Part shown: positions 1 through 11,592 of the stretch, one piece after another
How positions within the stretch are numbered: position 1 is the stretch's first letter
How the letters are laid out: each line of letters begins with the position of its first letter
NCBI GenBank assembly: GCA_965197485.1
Contig: CBDANG010000009.1
Coordinates: 113,977 to 177,976 of the forward strand
Length of the DNA stretch: 64,000 bases
Direction of reading: 5' to 3'
Source: Longimicrobiales bacterium
Lineage (GTDB): Bacteria > Gemmatimonadota > Gemmatimonadetes > Longimicrobiales > Gaopeijiaceae
Program-made: the position numbers and the translations under genes
Notes under the pieces: generated by a model
Databases searched by the model: none
The model's input: only the letters and a program-made list of their open reading frames with translations
Told to the model about the DNA's origin: nothing

Positions 1-602
1 ATGACCAGCCTATTTTCCCCCCAAGAGATCGCACCTGTGGTCGCGTAGCCCGCTGCGGAAACGACTCCGAGGAACACGGAAAGTATGAGTGCCAGCGTGC
101 TCAGGCCCTGGAGCACGGGGAGGACGAAGACGTAAAAGCCGAAGTCCCGCCCGAGGATAGGATCCACCATTCCCCAAGGTTCTGCGTTCAGGAGGAGCAT
201 CGCTCTGAGGCCCGTGCCATCAGGCAGGGTCGTGGCAAACCAAAACCCGACGAAGAGGCACCCGAGAAGTGTCCCCCAACGCACGTAGCTGCCAGGAACC
301 TGCTCCTGAATGACGAGGTCCCCGAATCGTCTCCGCAGCTGGAGACCAGCGAAGGTCTGAGCGACCACCCTCAGATTGAGCCAGGCCAGGACGACGGTCG
401 CCGACCCCACTACAGCGCGGGCTCCCCACTCCCACAGCAGCTGAGTCAGGAACACGTCTGCCAGCGACTGCCCGGAGAACCAGAGCAAATCGACGTACAG
501 GGCCACTCCCCAGCGCCCGAGCAGAAGGACGAAGAGGAGCCCGAGGAAGCCCGCCAGGAGGAGGCGTCCTCCCTTCAATGATCGGAGGAGCCCGTCAGAC
601 AT
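1..602 (-). CDS. UPF0182-family integral membrane protein, N-terminal ~200 codons only (gene runs off the window start)
   Basis: Not in the supplied ORF track. I checked the frame triplet by triplet: ATG at 602..600, with no stop down to position 3. Translation is MSDGLLRSLKGGRLLLAGFLGLLFVLLLGRWGVALYVDLLWFSGQSLADVF...RDFGFYVFVLPVLQGL. It has TM segments plus the Y-x-D-LLWF and FGFYVF-LP motifs I associate with UPF0182/COG1615. The ATG overlaps the stop of the upstream gene (ATGTCTGA). Confidence 0.65.
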   Translation of the reverse strand, partial: MSDGLLRSLKGGRLLLAGFLGLLFVLLLGRWGVALYVDLLWFSGQSLADVFLTQLLWEWGARAVVGSATVVLAWLNLRVVAQTFAGLQLRRRFGDLVIQEQVPGSYVRWGTLLGCLFVGFWFATTLPDGTGLRAMLLLNAEPWGMVDPILGRDFGFYVFVLPVLQGLSTLALILSVFLGVVSAAGYATTGAISWGENRLV

Positions 603-1998
603 GGACCCCCTGCTCCTTCAACCAGCTCTCCACCTCTCCCCGGATCTCCGCCAGCCGTAGCTCACTACCGGCCTCGAACCGCGCCACGAGAACAGGCTGG
701 GTGTTTGATGCCCGTAGGAGCGCCCATCCGTCTCCGAACAGAATCCGAGCGCCATCGACGTCTATCACTTCGTTCCGGGTGCCAAAGTGTGCCACGGCCG
801 CGTCGACCACGCGCGACTTGACATCCTCCGCTACGTTGATCCGCATCTCGGGAGTGGAGACGTACGTGGGAAAAGCGTCCGTTTGCTCGGCGAGCGATCG
901 ATCGGAGGTGGACACCAATGATACCAGTCGGCAAGCGGCGTAGAGCGCATCGTCCGTCCCAATGAATTCGTCCGCGAAGCAGACGTGTCCTGACAACTCT
1001 CCCGCCATCGGTGCCCCGGTCTCCAACATCTTGTCCTTCATCAGCGAGTGCCCCGTCTTCCACATCAGGCTTCTGCCTCCCGCGGCTTCATACACCTGAG
1101 GTAGCACTTGGGAGCACTTCACGTCGTATACCAGGAGCTGATCCGGGCCTCCCCTCTCCAGCATATCCAGACCGAAGAGGAGGAGAAGTACGTCTCCTCG
1201 GATGATGCGACCCTCTCCATCGACGGCCCCGATGCGGTCCGCGTCGCCGTCGAAAGCGATGCCGAGGTCAGCTTCGACTTCACGGACGACTTCGATCAGA
1301 TCCGACAGATTCTCGTCTACCGTCGGGTCCGGATGATGGTTCGGAAAGGTGCCGTCTGATTCACAATAGATCGGCACTACCTCCGCGCCCACGGCTTGGA
1401 GGAGTCGTTCGGCTACGACCGATCCCGACCCGTTCCCACAGTCTATCGCGACCCTGACAGACCGGGTCAGGCGGAAGCGGGCGCCGACGTCCTCGACGTA
1501 GGCGTCGAGGACGTCAGCGCTGGTGCGCTGCCCCTCTCCATCGTCAAGGTCCTCGGCCAAGATGCGATCCCGCAAGGACGCGACGTCGTCTCCATAGAAG
1601 GGTCTTCCCCCGAGGGTCATCTTGATCCCATTCCACTCCGGAGGGTTGTGCGATCCTGTCACCTGAATGGCTCCGTCGGCTTCGAATCGCTTCTCGGCCC
1701 AGTACGTGACCGGTGTAGGAACTGTGGCAAGCCAGCGGACGTCGATGCCGGTGGCCAGCAAGCCCGAGATCAGAGCCTCTGAAAGCTCTATGGACGAGGG
1801 ACGGTTGTCAGCACCCACCACTACAGTCGGCCTAGTCTCGCTCAAAGCGGTCCCAAGCCGGCGGCGACGGAGGACCGTTCCGTACGCTCGCCCCACCGCC
1901 TCGGCGACATCGGGGCCAAGGTCGACCCCAACGATCCCTCGGATGTCGTACTGCCGGAAGATATGCGCGGGGAACTGCATCGTGCCGACTCTCGCCAC
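595..1998 (-). CDS. phosphomannomutase/phosphoglucomutase (alpha-D-phosphohexomutase family)
   Basis: 467-aa ORF with active-site Ser loop TGSHNPPEWNGIK, Mg loop FDGDADRIGAVD and sugar loop GELSGH. The start is either GTG 1998 or ATG 1980. Confidence 0.9.
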   Translation of the reverse strand: MARVGTMQFPAHIFRQYDIRGIVGVDLGPDVAEAVGRAYGTVLRRRRLGTALSETRPTVVVGADNRPSSIELSEALISGLLATGIDVRWLATVPTPVTYWAEKRFEADGAIQVTGSHNPPEWNGIKMTLGGRPFYGDDVASLRDRILAEDLDDGEGQRTSADVLDAYVEDVGARFRLTRSVRVAIDCGNGSGSVVAERLLQAVGAEVVPIYCESDGTFPNHHPDPTVDENLSDLIEVVREVEADLGIAFDGDADRIGAVDGEGRIIRGDVLLLLFGLDMLERGGPDQLLVYDVKCSQVLPQVYEAAGGRSLMWKTGHSLMKDKMLETGAPMAGELSGHVCFADEFIGTDDALYAACRLVSLVSTSDRSLAEQTDAFPTYVSTPEMRINVAEDVKSRVVDAAVAHFGTRNEVIDVDGARILFGDGWALLRASNTQPVLVARFEAGSELRLAEIRGEVESWLKEQGVHV

Positions 1999-2043
1999 GT
2001 TGATAGTCCAGGAGGATCCGGCCGCTTTCGAGGGCTGGGTGCG

Positions 2044-3561
2044 TCAGCGAGCCAGCCCGAGAAACCCATCCGACGTGAAGAGCCCGAGGTCTTCGGCCGC
2101 AGCAAGCGCTCCGCTAAGAAGCGCGCCTGGGAACACCCCCAGGTACAGGATCAGCCCCGCGGCCCCCACGAGCGCCAGTCGCATCGAGGAGGGCACCCAG
2201 GCCATCTGTACGCCTTCGCCATCCGGGGCCGGCCTCATCCACATATACCAAGCGACCCTAAGGTAATAGTAATACGACACGACGGTGCCCAGAGCCAGGA
2301 GAACCGCGAGGGTCCAGAGCTGGCTGTCGACTGCCCCCTGAAGGAGGTAAATCTTCGCCATGAACCCCCCGGTTCCCGGAAAACCGGCCAAAGAGAGGAG
2401 AAAGACCGTGAAAACCACGCCGAAGACCGGTTCGGCCCATCCAAACCCCGCATAGTCTTCTACCTGGAGCCGCTCCTCACCCTGGTTTCCAACTACCATT
2501 AGGATCCCGAACGCCCCCACGTTCATCACTGTGTATACAAGCAGATAGAAGAGAATGCTGGCCGTCGCGACCGCGTTTGCCGCGGTCAGTCCCACCAGGA
2601 GATACCCGCCGTGGGCAATCGACGAATATGCCAACATTCGCTTCACGTTGTTTTGCGTCAGCGCGATTAGGTTCGCAACGACGATCGTCAGTGCGGCCAA
2701 CCACCAGACGATGGCATACCACGACGTGTAAAGGTTCCAAAAGGCTTCGAGGAAGACCCTTACAAAGCCCACAAAGGAGGCGGTCTTGACGGCGGCCGCC
2801 ATGAACGCGGTCGATGGAGACGGAGCACCCTCGTAAACGTCCGGCGTCCACATGTGGAACGGAACCGCCCCGACCTTGAAGGCGAAGCCGATCCCTAGCA
2901 GGCCCATCCCTGAAAGCAGAAGGCCCGTGAATCCAGCGCCGGCCTCGATGGTCTCGGCGATCCGGGGGAGGATCACGCTTCCAGTAGCACCCCATACGAG
3001 CGCGATTCCGTAGAGGAGGAACCCTGAGGAGAACGCACCGAGGATAAAGTACTTGAGACCGGCCTCAGCAGATCTTGGATCTCGGCGGTTGTAGCCGGTG
3101 AGCACGTAGGCCGCCACCGACATGGTCTCGAGCGCCAGAAAGAGGACGATCAGATTTCGGGTGCCGGCCATGATCATCATTCCGACCGTAGCCAGCAGGA
3201 CCAGCGTGTAGAACTCCCCAGCCTGGAGCCGCTGCCGGGCCACGTAGGGTCCCGAGACCAAGATCGTCAACGCGGCTCCAAGGAGGAGGATCCAGTTAGC
3301 GAACAGTCGAAACCCGTCAACCGTGATTACCCCCGGTTCTCCCAGAACGGTGACTCTGTAGAGCCAGCCGTTCATCACGGCCGCAGCAAGCAGTCCCGCC
3401 AGTGCCAGCCACTGGAGCCCCGCCGAACTCTCGAGAGTCCCGTCCCCCCCCTCGTCGCGCCACACTCCCGCCAGAAGCACTGCCATGGCCCACGCAGACA
3501 GGACGATCTCCGGAAGGAGAGCCCACATGAAGTCCATCGGTGAAGCAAAGTCCAGAGTCAC
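2044..3561 (-). CDS. nuoN: NADH-quinone oxidoreductase subunit N
   Basis: 505-aa polytopic membrane ORF with antiporter-like motif FKVGAVPFHMWTPDVYEGAP. It is the last gene of the nuoA-N array and overlaps nuoM by 4 nt. Confidence 0.9.
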   Translation of the reverse strand: MTLDFASPMDFMWALLPEIVLSAWAMAVLLAGVWRDEGGDGTLESSAGLQWLALAGLLAAAVMNGWLYRVTVLGEPGVITVDGFRLFANWILLLGAALTILVSGPYVARQRLQAGEFYTLVLLATVGMMIMAGTRNLIVLFLALETMSVAAYVLTGYNRRDPRSAEAGLKYFILGAFSSGFLLYGIALVWGATGSVILPRIAETIEAGAGFTGLLLSGMGLLGIGFAFKVGAVPFHMWTPDVYEGAPSPSTAFMAAAVKTASFVGFVRVFLEAFWNLYTSWYAIVWWLAALTIVVANLIALTQNNVKRMLAYSSIAHGGYLLVGLTAANAVATASILFYLLVYTVMNVGAFGILMVVGNQGEERLQVEDYAGFGWAEPVFGVVFTVFLLSLAGFPGTGGFMAKIYLLQGAVDSQLWTLAVLLALGTVVSYYYYLRVAWYMWMRPAPDGEGVQMAWVPSSMRLALVGAAGLILYLGVFPGALLSGALAAAEDLGLFTSDGFLGLAR

Positions 3562-5153
3562 CGGGCCCTCTCCAGACGCGGGGCGTTCTCAGTAGCGAGG
3601 GCATCCTCTGTGGGCGCGAAGCGGACGAAGGCGGCTTGGTCGGGCGACTCGTCCTCCAGGTATTGGACCACCGCGTGCACCCCTGGCTCCATTCTCTCGA
3701 GAACGGGGGTCGGATACACTCCAAGGGCAATCATGAGGAAGAGGAGTGGACCCAGGACGGCCAGCTCCCTCCGGCTCAAGTCAGGAATCGTCTGGTTCTG
3801 AGGATTCTCGAGACGATTGAAGAGAATGCGCTGGACCATGGGGAGCATGTAGTACGCGGCAAAGATCACACCGGTGGCCGCGAACACCGCGAAGACCGGG
3901 AAGCGCTCAAATGTGCCCACTAGAGCGAGAAACTCACCCACGAACCCACTCGTTCCAGGGAGGCCAATCGAGCTCAGCGCGGTGATCACGAAGGCCGTGG
4001 CCATCAGAGGTGCGGCCTGCGCCAGTCCCCCAAAGTCGGCGATTTCTCGGGTGTGGCGACGCTCATAGAGCATTCCAACCAAGAGGAAGAGTGCACCTGT
4101 AGACAGGCCGTGTGAGATCATGACCATGAGCCCGCCCTGCAGGCCGTTCACAGTGAGGGCGAAGATCCCGATGACCACAAATCCCATGTGTGCGACGGAG
4201 GTGTAGGCGACGAGCTTCTTGGCGTCTGGCTGGACTGCTGCGACCCACGCCGCATATATGATTCCCGTGACGCCGAGAACGAGCATCAGCCCGACGACCG
4301 ACGCATGGGTGGCAGCATCGGGAAACAGCGGCATACCGAAACGAAGGAATCCGTATGTACCCAACTTCAGGAGTATTGCAGCCAGCACGACTGAGCCCGG
4401 GGTGGGGGCTTCAACGTGCGCGTCCGGAAGCCATGTATGGAAGGGAAAGAGCGGCACCTTGATCGCGAACGCGAGCGCGAACGCCGAGAAGAGGAGCAGC
4501 TGCTCCCGGAGCGAGAGGGCGGTCCCCAGCAGATCCAGCAGGTGGAACGACGGGGCCCCGTTGGCGACCCGCGCCTGCAGGTACAGGTAGAGGATGCCCA
4601 CGAGCATGAGGAGAGATCCCAACGCCGTATAGAGGAAGAACTTCACAGCGGCGTAGATCCTGCGTTCTCCTCCCCACACACCCACGATAAAGTACATCGG
4701 TATGAGGGTTAGCTCGAAGAAGACGTAGAAGAGGAAGAGATCCATCGATACAAACACCCCGATGATCCCCGTCTGGAGGAGAAGCATCAGAGCGTAAAAC
4801 GCCTTCTCGCGCTCCCCGATGTAGCGGAACGATCCGAGGATGGCCAGCGGCACGATTAGAGTCGTGAGCAGGACCATGAACATTGCAATCCCATCAATCC
4901 CCAGCGAGTAGGTCACACCCCAAAGGCTGATCCATTCGGCCCGACTCGTGAGCTGAAAGAGTTCGCCCGCTGGATCGAAAGTCCACCAGAGTCCAAGACT
5001 CAGGAGGAACAGGCCCGCGCTCCACCCGAACGCGATGTGCTTCGCCCGCTGGACCGGCCCCCACAGCACGACCACGAGACCGGCGAGTGGGAGCCAGACC
5101 AAGGCGTGGAGCGCCCAGACCTCATAGCCGATCGCCTCGATGAATGAGGTCAC
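3558..5153 (-). CDS. nuoM: NADH-quinone oxidoreductase subunit M
   Basis: 531-aa membrane ORF with motif FAIKVPLFPFHTWLPDAHVEAPT. It sits between nuoL and nuoN. Confidence 0.9.
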   Translation of the reverse strand: MTSFIEAIGYEVWALHALVWLPLAGLVVVLWGPVQRAKHIAFGWSAGLFLLSLGLWWTFDPAGELFQLTSRAEWISLWGVTYSLGIDGIAMFMVLLTTLIVPLAILGSFRYIGEREKAFYALMLLLQTGIIGVFVSMDLFLFYVFFELTLIPMYFIVGVWGGERRIYAAVKFFLYTALGSLLMLVGILYLYLQARVANGAPSFHLLDLLGTALSLREQLLLFSAFALAFAIKVPLFPFHTWLPDAHVEAPTPGSVVLAAILLKLGTYGFLRFGMPLFPDAATHASVVGLMLVLGVTGIIYAAWVAAVQPDAKKLVAYTSVAHMGFVVIGIFALTVNGLQGGLMVMISHGLSTGALFLLVGMLYERRHTREIADFGGLAQAAPLMATAFVITALSSIGLPGTSGFVGEFLALVGTFERFPVFAVFAATGVIFAAYYMLPMVQRILFNRLENPQNQTIPDLSRRELAVLGPLLFLMIALGVYPTPVLERMEPGVHAVVQYLEDESPDQAAFVRFAPTEDALATENAPRLERAR

Positions 5154-5163
5154 TTTCGCCGGC

Positions 5164-7305
<2,142 letters not shown>

Positions 7306-7309
7306 TCCG

Positions 7310-7603
7310 TCACCACTTTAGGAGGCTGAAGCTTTCCACGTTCACCGTTTCGTAATGGCGGAAGATGGAGATGATGATCGCCAGCCCGACCGCAGCCTCG
7401 GCAGCGGCAACGGTCATCGCGAAAAACACGAAGAGCTGCCCTTCAATCCCCAGGTAGCGCGATAGGGCCACAAACGAGAGGTTCACCGCGTTGAGCTGAA
7501 GCTCGATGCATAGAAACACGATGATGGCATTCCTTCGGATCAGGACGCCGAACGCCCCGACCACGAAGAGCAGGGCGCTGAGCACCAGTGCTTCAGCCAG
7601 CAC
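7310..7603 (-). CDS. nuoK: NADH-quinone oxidoreductase subunit K
   Basis: 97-aa, three-TM ORF in the canonical position. Contains ...[16 protein letters not shown]...[12 protein letters not shown]. Confidence 0.9.
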   Translation of the reverse strand: MLAEALVLSALLFVVGAFGVLIRRNAIIVFLCIELQLNAVNLSFVALSRYLGIEGQLFVFFAMTVAAAEAAVGLAIIISIFRHYETVNVESFSLLKW

Positions 7604-7606
7604 CGC

Positions 7607-8131
7607 TCAGACGCTCTTTTTGGCCAATGCGACAGCCCCCACGAGTGCAACAAGTAGGAGGATGCCAACCAGTTCGAAAGCAACCACGTAGTCCGTAAAC
7701 AACGGTTGTGCGATCGCCCCAACGATGCCCTGTTCGGCTAGAAGCTGGTCCATCCCTTCCGGACCCGGAAAGAACTGGTAAATCGGGTTCTCGTCCGCGC
7801 CTCGAAGCTGTCTGGCAAGTAGGCCGGCCAAGGACCCGCTGACGCCGAACGCCAGAAATGCACCCAGCCCACGTTTCAGATCCGCTTCGTAGTCGTGGCC
7901 CAGGTTCAGGAGCATGATCACGAAGAGAAAGAGGACCATGATCGCTCCGGCGTACACGATCACCTGGATTGCCGCCAAGAAATGGGCCTCGAACAACACG
8001 AAGATTCCAGCCACGGCCCCGAGGGTCCCGACCATGAAGAGCAGGCTCCCGACCGGGTTCTTCTGTAGGACCACTCCGAAAGCTCCGCCCACGGCCATGG
8101 CGGCGAAGATGAAAAAGAAGACCTCAGTCAT
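7607..8131 (-). CDS. nuoJ: NADH-quinone oxidoreductase subunit J
   Basis: 174-aa membrane ORF containing AIQVIVYAGAIMVLFLFVIMLL, in the canonical position between nuoI and nuoK. Confidence 0.85.
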   Translation of the reverse strand: MTEVFFFIFAAMAVGGAFGVVLQKNPVGSLLFMVGTLGAVAGIFVLFEAHFLAAIQVIVYAGAIMVLFLFVIMLLNLGHDYEADLKRGLGAFLAFGVSGSLAGLLARQLRGADENPIYQFFPGPEGMDQLLAEQGIVGAIAQPLFTDYVVAFELVGILLLVALVGAVALAKKSV

Positions 8132-8143
8132 CGACTCCGCTCC

Positions 8144-8644
8144 TCATTCGGAGCGGGAGTCGGAAGGATCCCAGAGGAGTGTGCTCGGATGCTCCTGCTC
8201 CATGAGCCGGTCCAAATCATACACGAATCGGTCGCGCGTGTACTCGGAGTTTTCGAAGTGGACACCAACATGAATCGCCTCCACGGGGCAAACCTCTTGG
8301 CACATCCCACAGAAGATGCAGCGAAATTCGTCGATCTCGTAGACGAGGGGATATCTGTTCCCCATGTCGTCCTCACCCCCGACGAGGCGGATGCAGTTCG
8401 CAGGGCACACCGTTGGACAGAGCCCGCATGCCACACACTTGGGTCGGCCGTCCGCGTGTGTCTCCATTACGTGCGTTCCACGCCAGCGCGTAGAGATCGT
8501 CGGACGCTCCTCGGGGTACTCCAGCGTGACCTTCCTGGGATTAATCATATGCTTGAAGGTGACCGACATACCTTTAAGCGTAGCACGCAGATAGGAAGTC
8601 TTTCCCGGATCTGGACGGCGCATCACTTTCACGGTTGCCGCCAT
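8144..8644 (-). CDS. nuoI: NADH-quinone oxidoreductase subunit I (2x[4Fe-4S] ferredoxin)
   Basis: 166 aa with two CxxCxxCxxxCP motifs: CVACGLCPTVCP and CIFCGMCQEVCP. Confidence 0.95.
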   Translation of the reverse strand: MAATVKVMRRPDPGKTSYLRATLKGMSVTFKHMINPRKVTLEYPEERPTISTRWRGTHVMETHADGRPKCVACGLCPTVCPANCIRLVGGEDDMGNRYPLVYEIDEFRCIFCGMCQEVCPVEAIHVGVHFENSEYTRDRFVYDLDRLMEQEHPSTLLWDPSDSRSE

Positions 8645-8648
8645 CTTG

Positions 8649-9962
8649 TCAGCCTCCTCTCAACTGAGGCTCTGCGATGCCCCGTGTGAGTGAATCCGTT
8701 CCGCCAACCTCGACCGGACGCGTCCCGCCTAACGGACCCGAGTCGGCCGCTGCACCCGCAATGATCCGGTCCCGATCGACGAGGAAGATGAAGGAGAGAG
8801 TCGCGATTGCGCTGACACCTGTCAGTACCGCCCCGAACATCCAGCCTTCTACGCCGAGCTGATCCAGTGCGAGCACGGTGCCTGCAACGAGCACGAGGTA
8901 GATCAGCGCAGCAGGCAACATGACCTTCCAACCCAAGTGCATCACCTGGTCGTAACGAAATCTTGGAAGGGTCCATCGCACCCAGATGAAGACGATCACG
9001 AAGAAGGCTGTCTTGATCGCGAACGCCGCGAAGGTAAGAAGCGTCTTCCACCACGACGGCGACGCCGCGATCGCTTCACCGGTCGCCGTGAATCCGGAGA
9101 TCAGAACGCCCTCGTGCCAGAACATGTGATCCCCATCCCAGAAGGGGATGCTCCATCCGCCGAGAAATAGAGTGGCCATTAAAGCTGACGCAGTCAGGAT
9201 GTGAGCGTACTCGGCGATGAAGAACATCGAAAACTTCATGGCCGAATACTCGGTGTGGTAGCCCGTGATGAGCTCGGACTCCGCCTCCGGGAGATCGAAC
9301 GGCAGCCGATTCGTCTCGGCAAAGGAGGAGATGACGAACAGGATGAACGCGAGAGAAAGCGGCAGGACGAACCAGAGTCCCAGCTGCTGCTGCTGCCAAA
9401 CGATCTCGGTGAGCGTCACATTCCCGGCCAAGATGAGAACAGGGATCAGAGAAAGGCCAAGGGCCACCTCGTAGCTGATCATCTGAGCGGAAGACCGAAC
9501 GCCCCCCAGGAGCGCGTACTTGTTGTTGGATGACCAACCCGCGAGAAAGAGCCCGTAGACCCCGAGTGAGGCGAGCGCCAGAATATAGAGGAGCCCGATC
9601 GGTAGATCCGCCACGATCATGTCAACGACTCCCCAACGTGTCGGGAGCGGGGCCGCGAAGGGTACCACAGCGAATGTGATCAGGGCGGGAGTGATCGAGA
9701 TCATCGGGGCCAGGACGAAGAGGAAGCGGTTCGCGTTGGCCGGGAGCGTCTCTTCCTTGAGAACGTTCTTGATCCCGTCTGCGATCGGTTGGAGAAGCCC
9801 GAAGGGGCCCACCCTGTTCGGCCCGAGGCGATCCTGGATAAACGCGGAAACACGTCGCTCGGCGAGCGTCATATAGGCCACGGCAAGCAAGATGGCCGTG
9901 AACACTACTACGACCTTGACCAGAGCGAAGGTGACGAAGGCGATCGGCGTGAGTTCCTGCAT
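8649..9962 (-). CDS. nuoH: NADH-quinone oxidoreductase subunit H
   Basis: Contains ERRVSAFIQDRLGPNRVGPFGLLQPIADGIK and EAESELITGYHTEYS. I moved the start to ATG 9962 (MQELTPIAF...), just after the nuoG stop; the track ORF starts at 10007 inside nuoG. There is a C-terminal tail of about 45 aa. Confidence 0.9.
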   Translation of the reverse strand: MQELTPIAFVTFALVKVVVVFTAILLAVAYMTLAERRVSAFIQDRLGPNRVGPFGLLQPIADGIKNVLKEETLPANANRFLFVLAPMISITPALITFAVVPFAAPLPTRWGVVDMIVADLPIGLLYILALASLGVYGLFLAGWSSNNKYALLGGVRSSAQMISYEVALGLSLIPVLILAGNVTLTEIVWQQQQLGLWFVLPLSLAFILFVISSFAETNRLPFDLPEAESELITGYHTEYSAMKFSMFFIAEYAHILTASALMATLFLGGWSIPFWDGDHMFWHEGVLISGFTATGEAIAASPSWWKTLLTFAAFAIKTAFFVIVFIWVRWTLPRFRYDQVMHLGWKVMLPAALIYLVLVAGTVLALDQLGVEGWMFGAVLTGVSAIATLSFIFLVDRDRIIAGAAADSGPLGGTRPVEVGGTDSLTRGIAEPQLRGG

Positions 9963-9966
9963 CGGT

Positions 9967-11589
9967 TCAGAGCCCAGAAGAAGCGGCAGATTCGGGGGCG
10001 ATAGCACCCTGGGTACCGATCGATCCGAAGCTCAAACTCCTGTACTCAGACGCGATTCCAGCAAAGCGGCCAAAGGCCTGTTCGGCTGAGTTCGGTGCAT
10101 CCTTGTCCTCAGAAACGATCGCGGTGAGCGTGCCGAGGACCTTCCAGGCGGGAAGAGCCGATCCGGGAGCCTCCAGGGCCGGCCAAAACCGCTGGATTCG
10201 ACCCTCGAGGCTGGTGAACGAACCCTCCTGCTCCGCAAAGGTGGTCACAGGCAGAATCGCACCGGCAGTCTCCGCGCCTCGGGTGCGATAGCTCCCGAGG
10301 TATAGGTAGAAGGATGCCTGGCCCCCGAACTCCTTACCGACATCGAGAAGCTCGTCGCCCATGACGATCAAGACCCCTTCGTGACCCTCGGCAGGCTTGA
10401 GTCCATCGGTGGCATCGTCGCCTCCGACCCTCCGCATGCCGAGCCGGTCGGCCCCGCCGGAGTTCGGGGCGAGGTCCCGGCGGCGCGAGAGACTGGGAAA
10501 CCCGGGCAGCGGAATCTCCTCTTGGGCTCGCGGAGAGCGATACACCACCTCTCCGCCCCCCAAAGCGCTGATTAGTGATTGGAGCGCGGCGAGGTCTTCG
10601 TTCGACGCGAATGGGGAGGCGACCGCAAGGACGGCTCCTTCTCTTTGGAGAAACTCCTGAAGCTGGCTCCCAACCGTCTCGATCGCTTTCGCCCATTCGG
10701 AGATGGCGAACCCCTCTGGTCCAGCCACGAGTGGCTTGTCGATCCGGTCGGTCCGATTCATCTGCTCGTACCGGTGCCGGCCGTAATCACACATCCAATG
10801 GCCGTTTACTTCGGGGTTGTGGCGAGGTCTGAGTCTCTGGATGGTGTTGTCCCGTGTGTGTATTTCGGTATTGCAGCCCTGGGAGCAGCTCGGGCAGATC
10901 GATGGCGTGTGCTCGAGGTCCCATGCCCGGGCCTTGTGCAGGAAATCCTTCGACACCAGGGCCCCGACCGGACAGATGTCCACAATGTTTCCCGCGTAGG
11001 GAGACCCTTCGACGCCTTCCTCAAAGAATGTATCGATCACAGACCGGTCTCCGCGCTCCACCACTGTCAGGAGTGAGTCCTGCGCGACCTCGTCCATGAA
11101 TCGGACGCATCGGGTGCACATGACGCACCGGTCTCCGTAGAACAGGACATCTCCGCCAAAGTCGTCGCGTCCGAAAACCCGCTTCGGCTCGCGGCTCCTC
11201 CCGTGCTTGCGCCCCTCCGCAAAAACATAGTCCTGTAACTTGCACTCACCAGATTGGTCGCAGATCGGACAGTCGAGGGGATGGTTAGCGAGGTAGAACT
11301 CCAGCACGCCCTCGCGCATCCCCTTAGCGGTCTCGCTCTCGGTGAAAACGATCTGGCCGTCCAGGGCAACCGTCACGCAGGAGGGAGTGAGCTTGGGAGC
11401 CCCCTCCACTTCAACGAGACAGAGCCGACATTGGGCCGGAGCGGAGAGCCCTGGGTGATAGCAGTAGTGTGGGACCCGGATCCCAATGACTTCGGCGGCC
11501 TCGAGAAGGGTCGTGCCTATGGGCACGTTGACCTCATGACCATCGATGCTAACCGTTACCGTTCGCTGCTCGGATCCGTTCTCGCTCAT
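9967..11589 (-). CDS. nuoG: NADH-quinone oxidoreductase subunit G (short, 540 aa form)
   Basis: N-terminal 2Fe-2S/4Fe-4S motifs CYHPGLSAPAQCRLCLVEV, HPLDCPICDQSGECKLQD and CVMCTRCVRF. Confidence 0.9.
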   Translation of the reverse strand: MSENGSEQRTVTVSIDGHEVNVPIGTTLLEAAEVIGIRVPHYCYHPGLSAPAQCRLCLVEVEGAPKLTPSCVTVALDGQIVFTESETAKGMREGVLEFYLANHPLDCPICDQSGECKLQDYVFAEGRKHGRSREPKRVFGRDDFGGDVLFYGDRCVMCTRCVRFMDEVAQDSLLTVVERGDRSVIDTFFEEGVEGSPYAGNIVDICPVGALVSKDFLHKARAWDLEHTPSICPSCSQGCNTEIHTRDNTIQRLRPRHNPEVNGHWMCDYGRHRYEQMNRTDRIDKPLVAGPEGFAISEWAKAIETVGSQLQEFLQREGAVLAVASPFASNEDLAALQSLISALGGGEVVYRSPRAQEEIPLPGFPSLSRRRDLAPNSGGADRLGMRRVGGDDATDGLKPAEGHEGVLIVMGDELLDVGKEFGGQASFYLYLGSYRTRGAETAGAILPVTTFAEQEGSFTSLEGRIQRFWPALEAPGSALPAWKVLGTLTAIVSEDKDAPNSAEQAFGRFAGIASEYRSLSFGSIGTQGAIAPESAASSGL

Positions 11590-11592
11590 CCG

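Noticed and set aside
220-435. 71-aa minus-strand ORF at the window start.
   Set aside because: It is in a different frame from the open 200-codon UPF0182-like reading frame that I verified codon by codon, and it has low-complexity composition.
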